A stretch of 64,000 nucleotides of DNA, taken from contig CAWDXG010000004.1 in NCBI GenBank assembly GCA_963806225.1, forward strand, positions 4,096,001 through 4,160,000. The letters are read 5' to 3'. Positions 63,270 to 64,000 of this stretch are shown here, in pieces. How positions within the stretch are numbered: the first letter of the stretch is position 1; each line of letters opens with the position of its first letter. The position numbers were made by a program, and so were the translations under genes. The DNA is from an uncultured delta proteobacterium (lineage in GTDB: Bacteria > Myxococcota_A > Polyangia > Polyangiales > Polyangiaceae). The notes beneath the pieces were generated by a model. That model made no database searches, was not told where the DNA came from, and worked only from the letters and a program-made list of their open reading frames with translations.

Positions 63270-64000
63270 GCATCGCCGATCGGTTCTACCAGATGCTCAA
63301 GGACCGCATGGAAACAACGCGGCCTGCGCGCAGCCACAGCGGCTTCGACGGAGCGCTGCTCTTCAACTCGCACGACGTTGCAACGCGTTCCACGCAGTCG
63401 GCTACCAGCACGTGCCAAACCGCCGGCGCGACCGCCGCGCAGCAACGAGGCGCACTCGACGCCGCGTCGGATCACGCACGTCTGCTGGTCGCACGGGGAC
63501 GGGATCTCCGGGCGACGGCGCAGCAGGTCCGCGAATCGTTGGAACGGGCCAAGCTGGTCGCGCTCAACGCCGGGCTGGAAGGCTCACGGTTGGGCGAGCC
63601 GGTGGGCAAGGCGATGGTCGCGATTGCCGACGAGATGCGCAGCCTGGTCGGGCGCGGACTGGAGGCACTCGAAGAACACCTGACACTGCTTTCGCAGGTG
63701 GATCGCGAGCGGGACAAGCTGCAGGAACAGGTCGAGCACGCGGGGCAGCGTGCGGGCAGCCTGGCCGAGGAGCTGCTCCGTTCGCAGGCTGCGCTGCGCG
63801 AAGCGAGCGCGGCGCTGGCCAAGCTCGGCGAGGGGCTGCAGCGCAGCACCGGCGCGGACCCGCAGATGGCACGCGCGGTCTCCTCGGCGGCCGAGCACGC
63901 GCGGGGGCTTCTGGCCGCGCTGTCGACGCTGTCCGGCCATTCCCAGCGCGGCCTGATGTGGCGGGCGCTCGCACCCACGATCAAGCCGCTGCTCCGACTG
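63266..64000 (+). CDS. Soluble methyl-accepting-chemotaxis-like protein (partial, runs off the right edge)
   Basis: ATGA coupling; KLVALNAGLEGSRLGEPVGKAMVAIADEMRSL resembles the MCP signalling hairpin; no TM in the visible part. Confidence 0.7.
   Translation, partial: MSIADRFYQMLKDRMETTRPARSHSGFDGALLFNSHDVATRSTQSATSTCQTAGATAAQQRGALDAASDHARLLVARGRDLRATAQQVRESLERAKLVALNAGLEGSRLGEPVGKAMVAIADEMRSLVGRGLEALEEHLTLLSQVDRERDKLQEQVEHAGQRAGSLAEELLRSQAALREASAALAKLGEGLQRSTGADPQMARAVSSAAEHARGLLAALSTLSGHSQRGLMWRALAPTIKPLLRL

Overview
High-GC bacterial chromosomal window. The gene repertoire points to Myxococcota, probably a Polyangiaceae-like lineage: three DUF4388/PATAN response regulators, a TIGR02266-type PilZ protein, a Ser/Thr kinase with PEGA domain, and Gly- and Cys-rich lipoproteins. 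It carries housekeeping genes (leuB-like, dapF, aroK-aroB fusion, zapA, bioF/bioD, rpe, tyrA, serS, rnr, add, rpoZ, aspS), one tRNA-Ser(TGA), transporters and an orphan DNA methyltransferase. No mobile element, rRNA or CRISPR array was seen. Main observations: (1) a DAHP-synthase homologue that has lost its catalytic motifs but keeps the Tyr/Phe-binding regulatory domain, directly upstream of a prephenate dehydrogenase lacking an ACT domain. (2) Seven apparent +1 frameshifts, each explainable by a duplicated A in GATC or GACGTC, probably methylation-linked sequencing errors. (3) Two parS-like sites straddling a local G/C skew inversion, with a possible DnaA-box cluster about 7 kb away. (4) A translationally coupled dapF / degenerate-GGDEF / pseudo-receiver-PATAN-pseudo-GTPase module. 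(5) A sigma54 promoter and paired GGTCA-N4-TGACC palindromes around an orphan gene. (6) A 31-aa MetS-like ORF and a TonB-C-like insert in an NSS transporter. All family calls come from motif recognition by eye; no searches were run.
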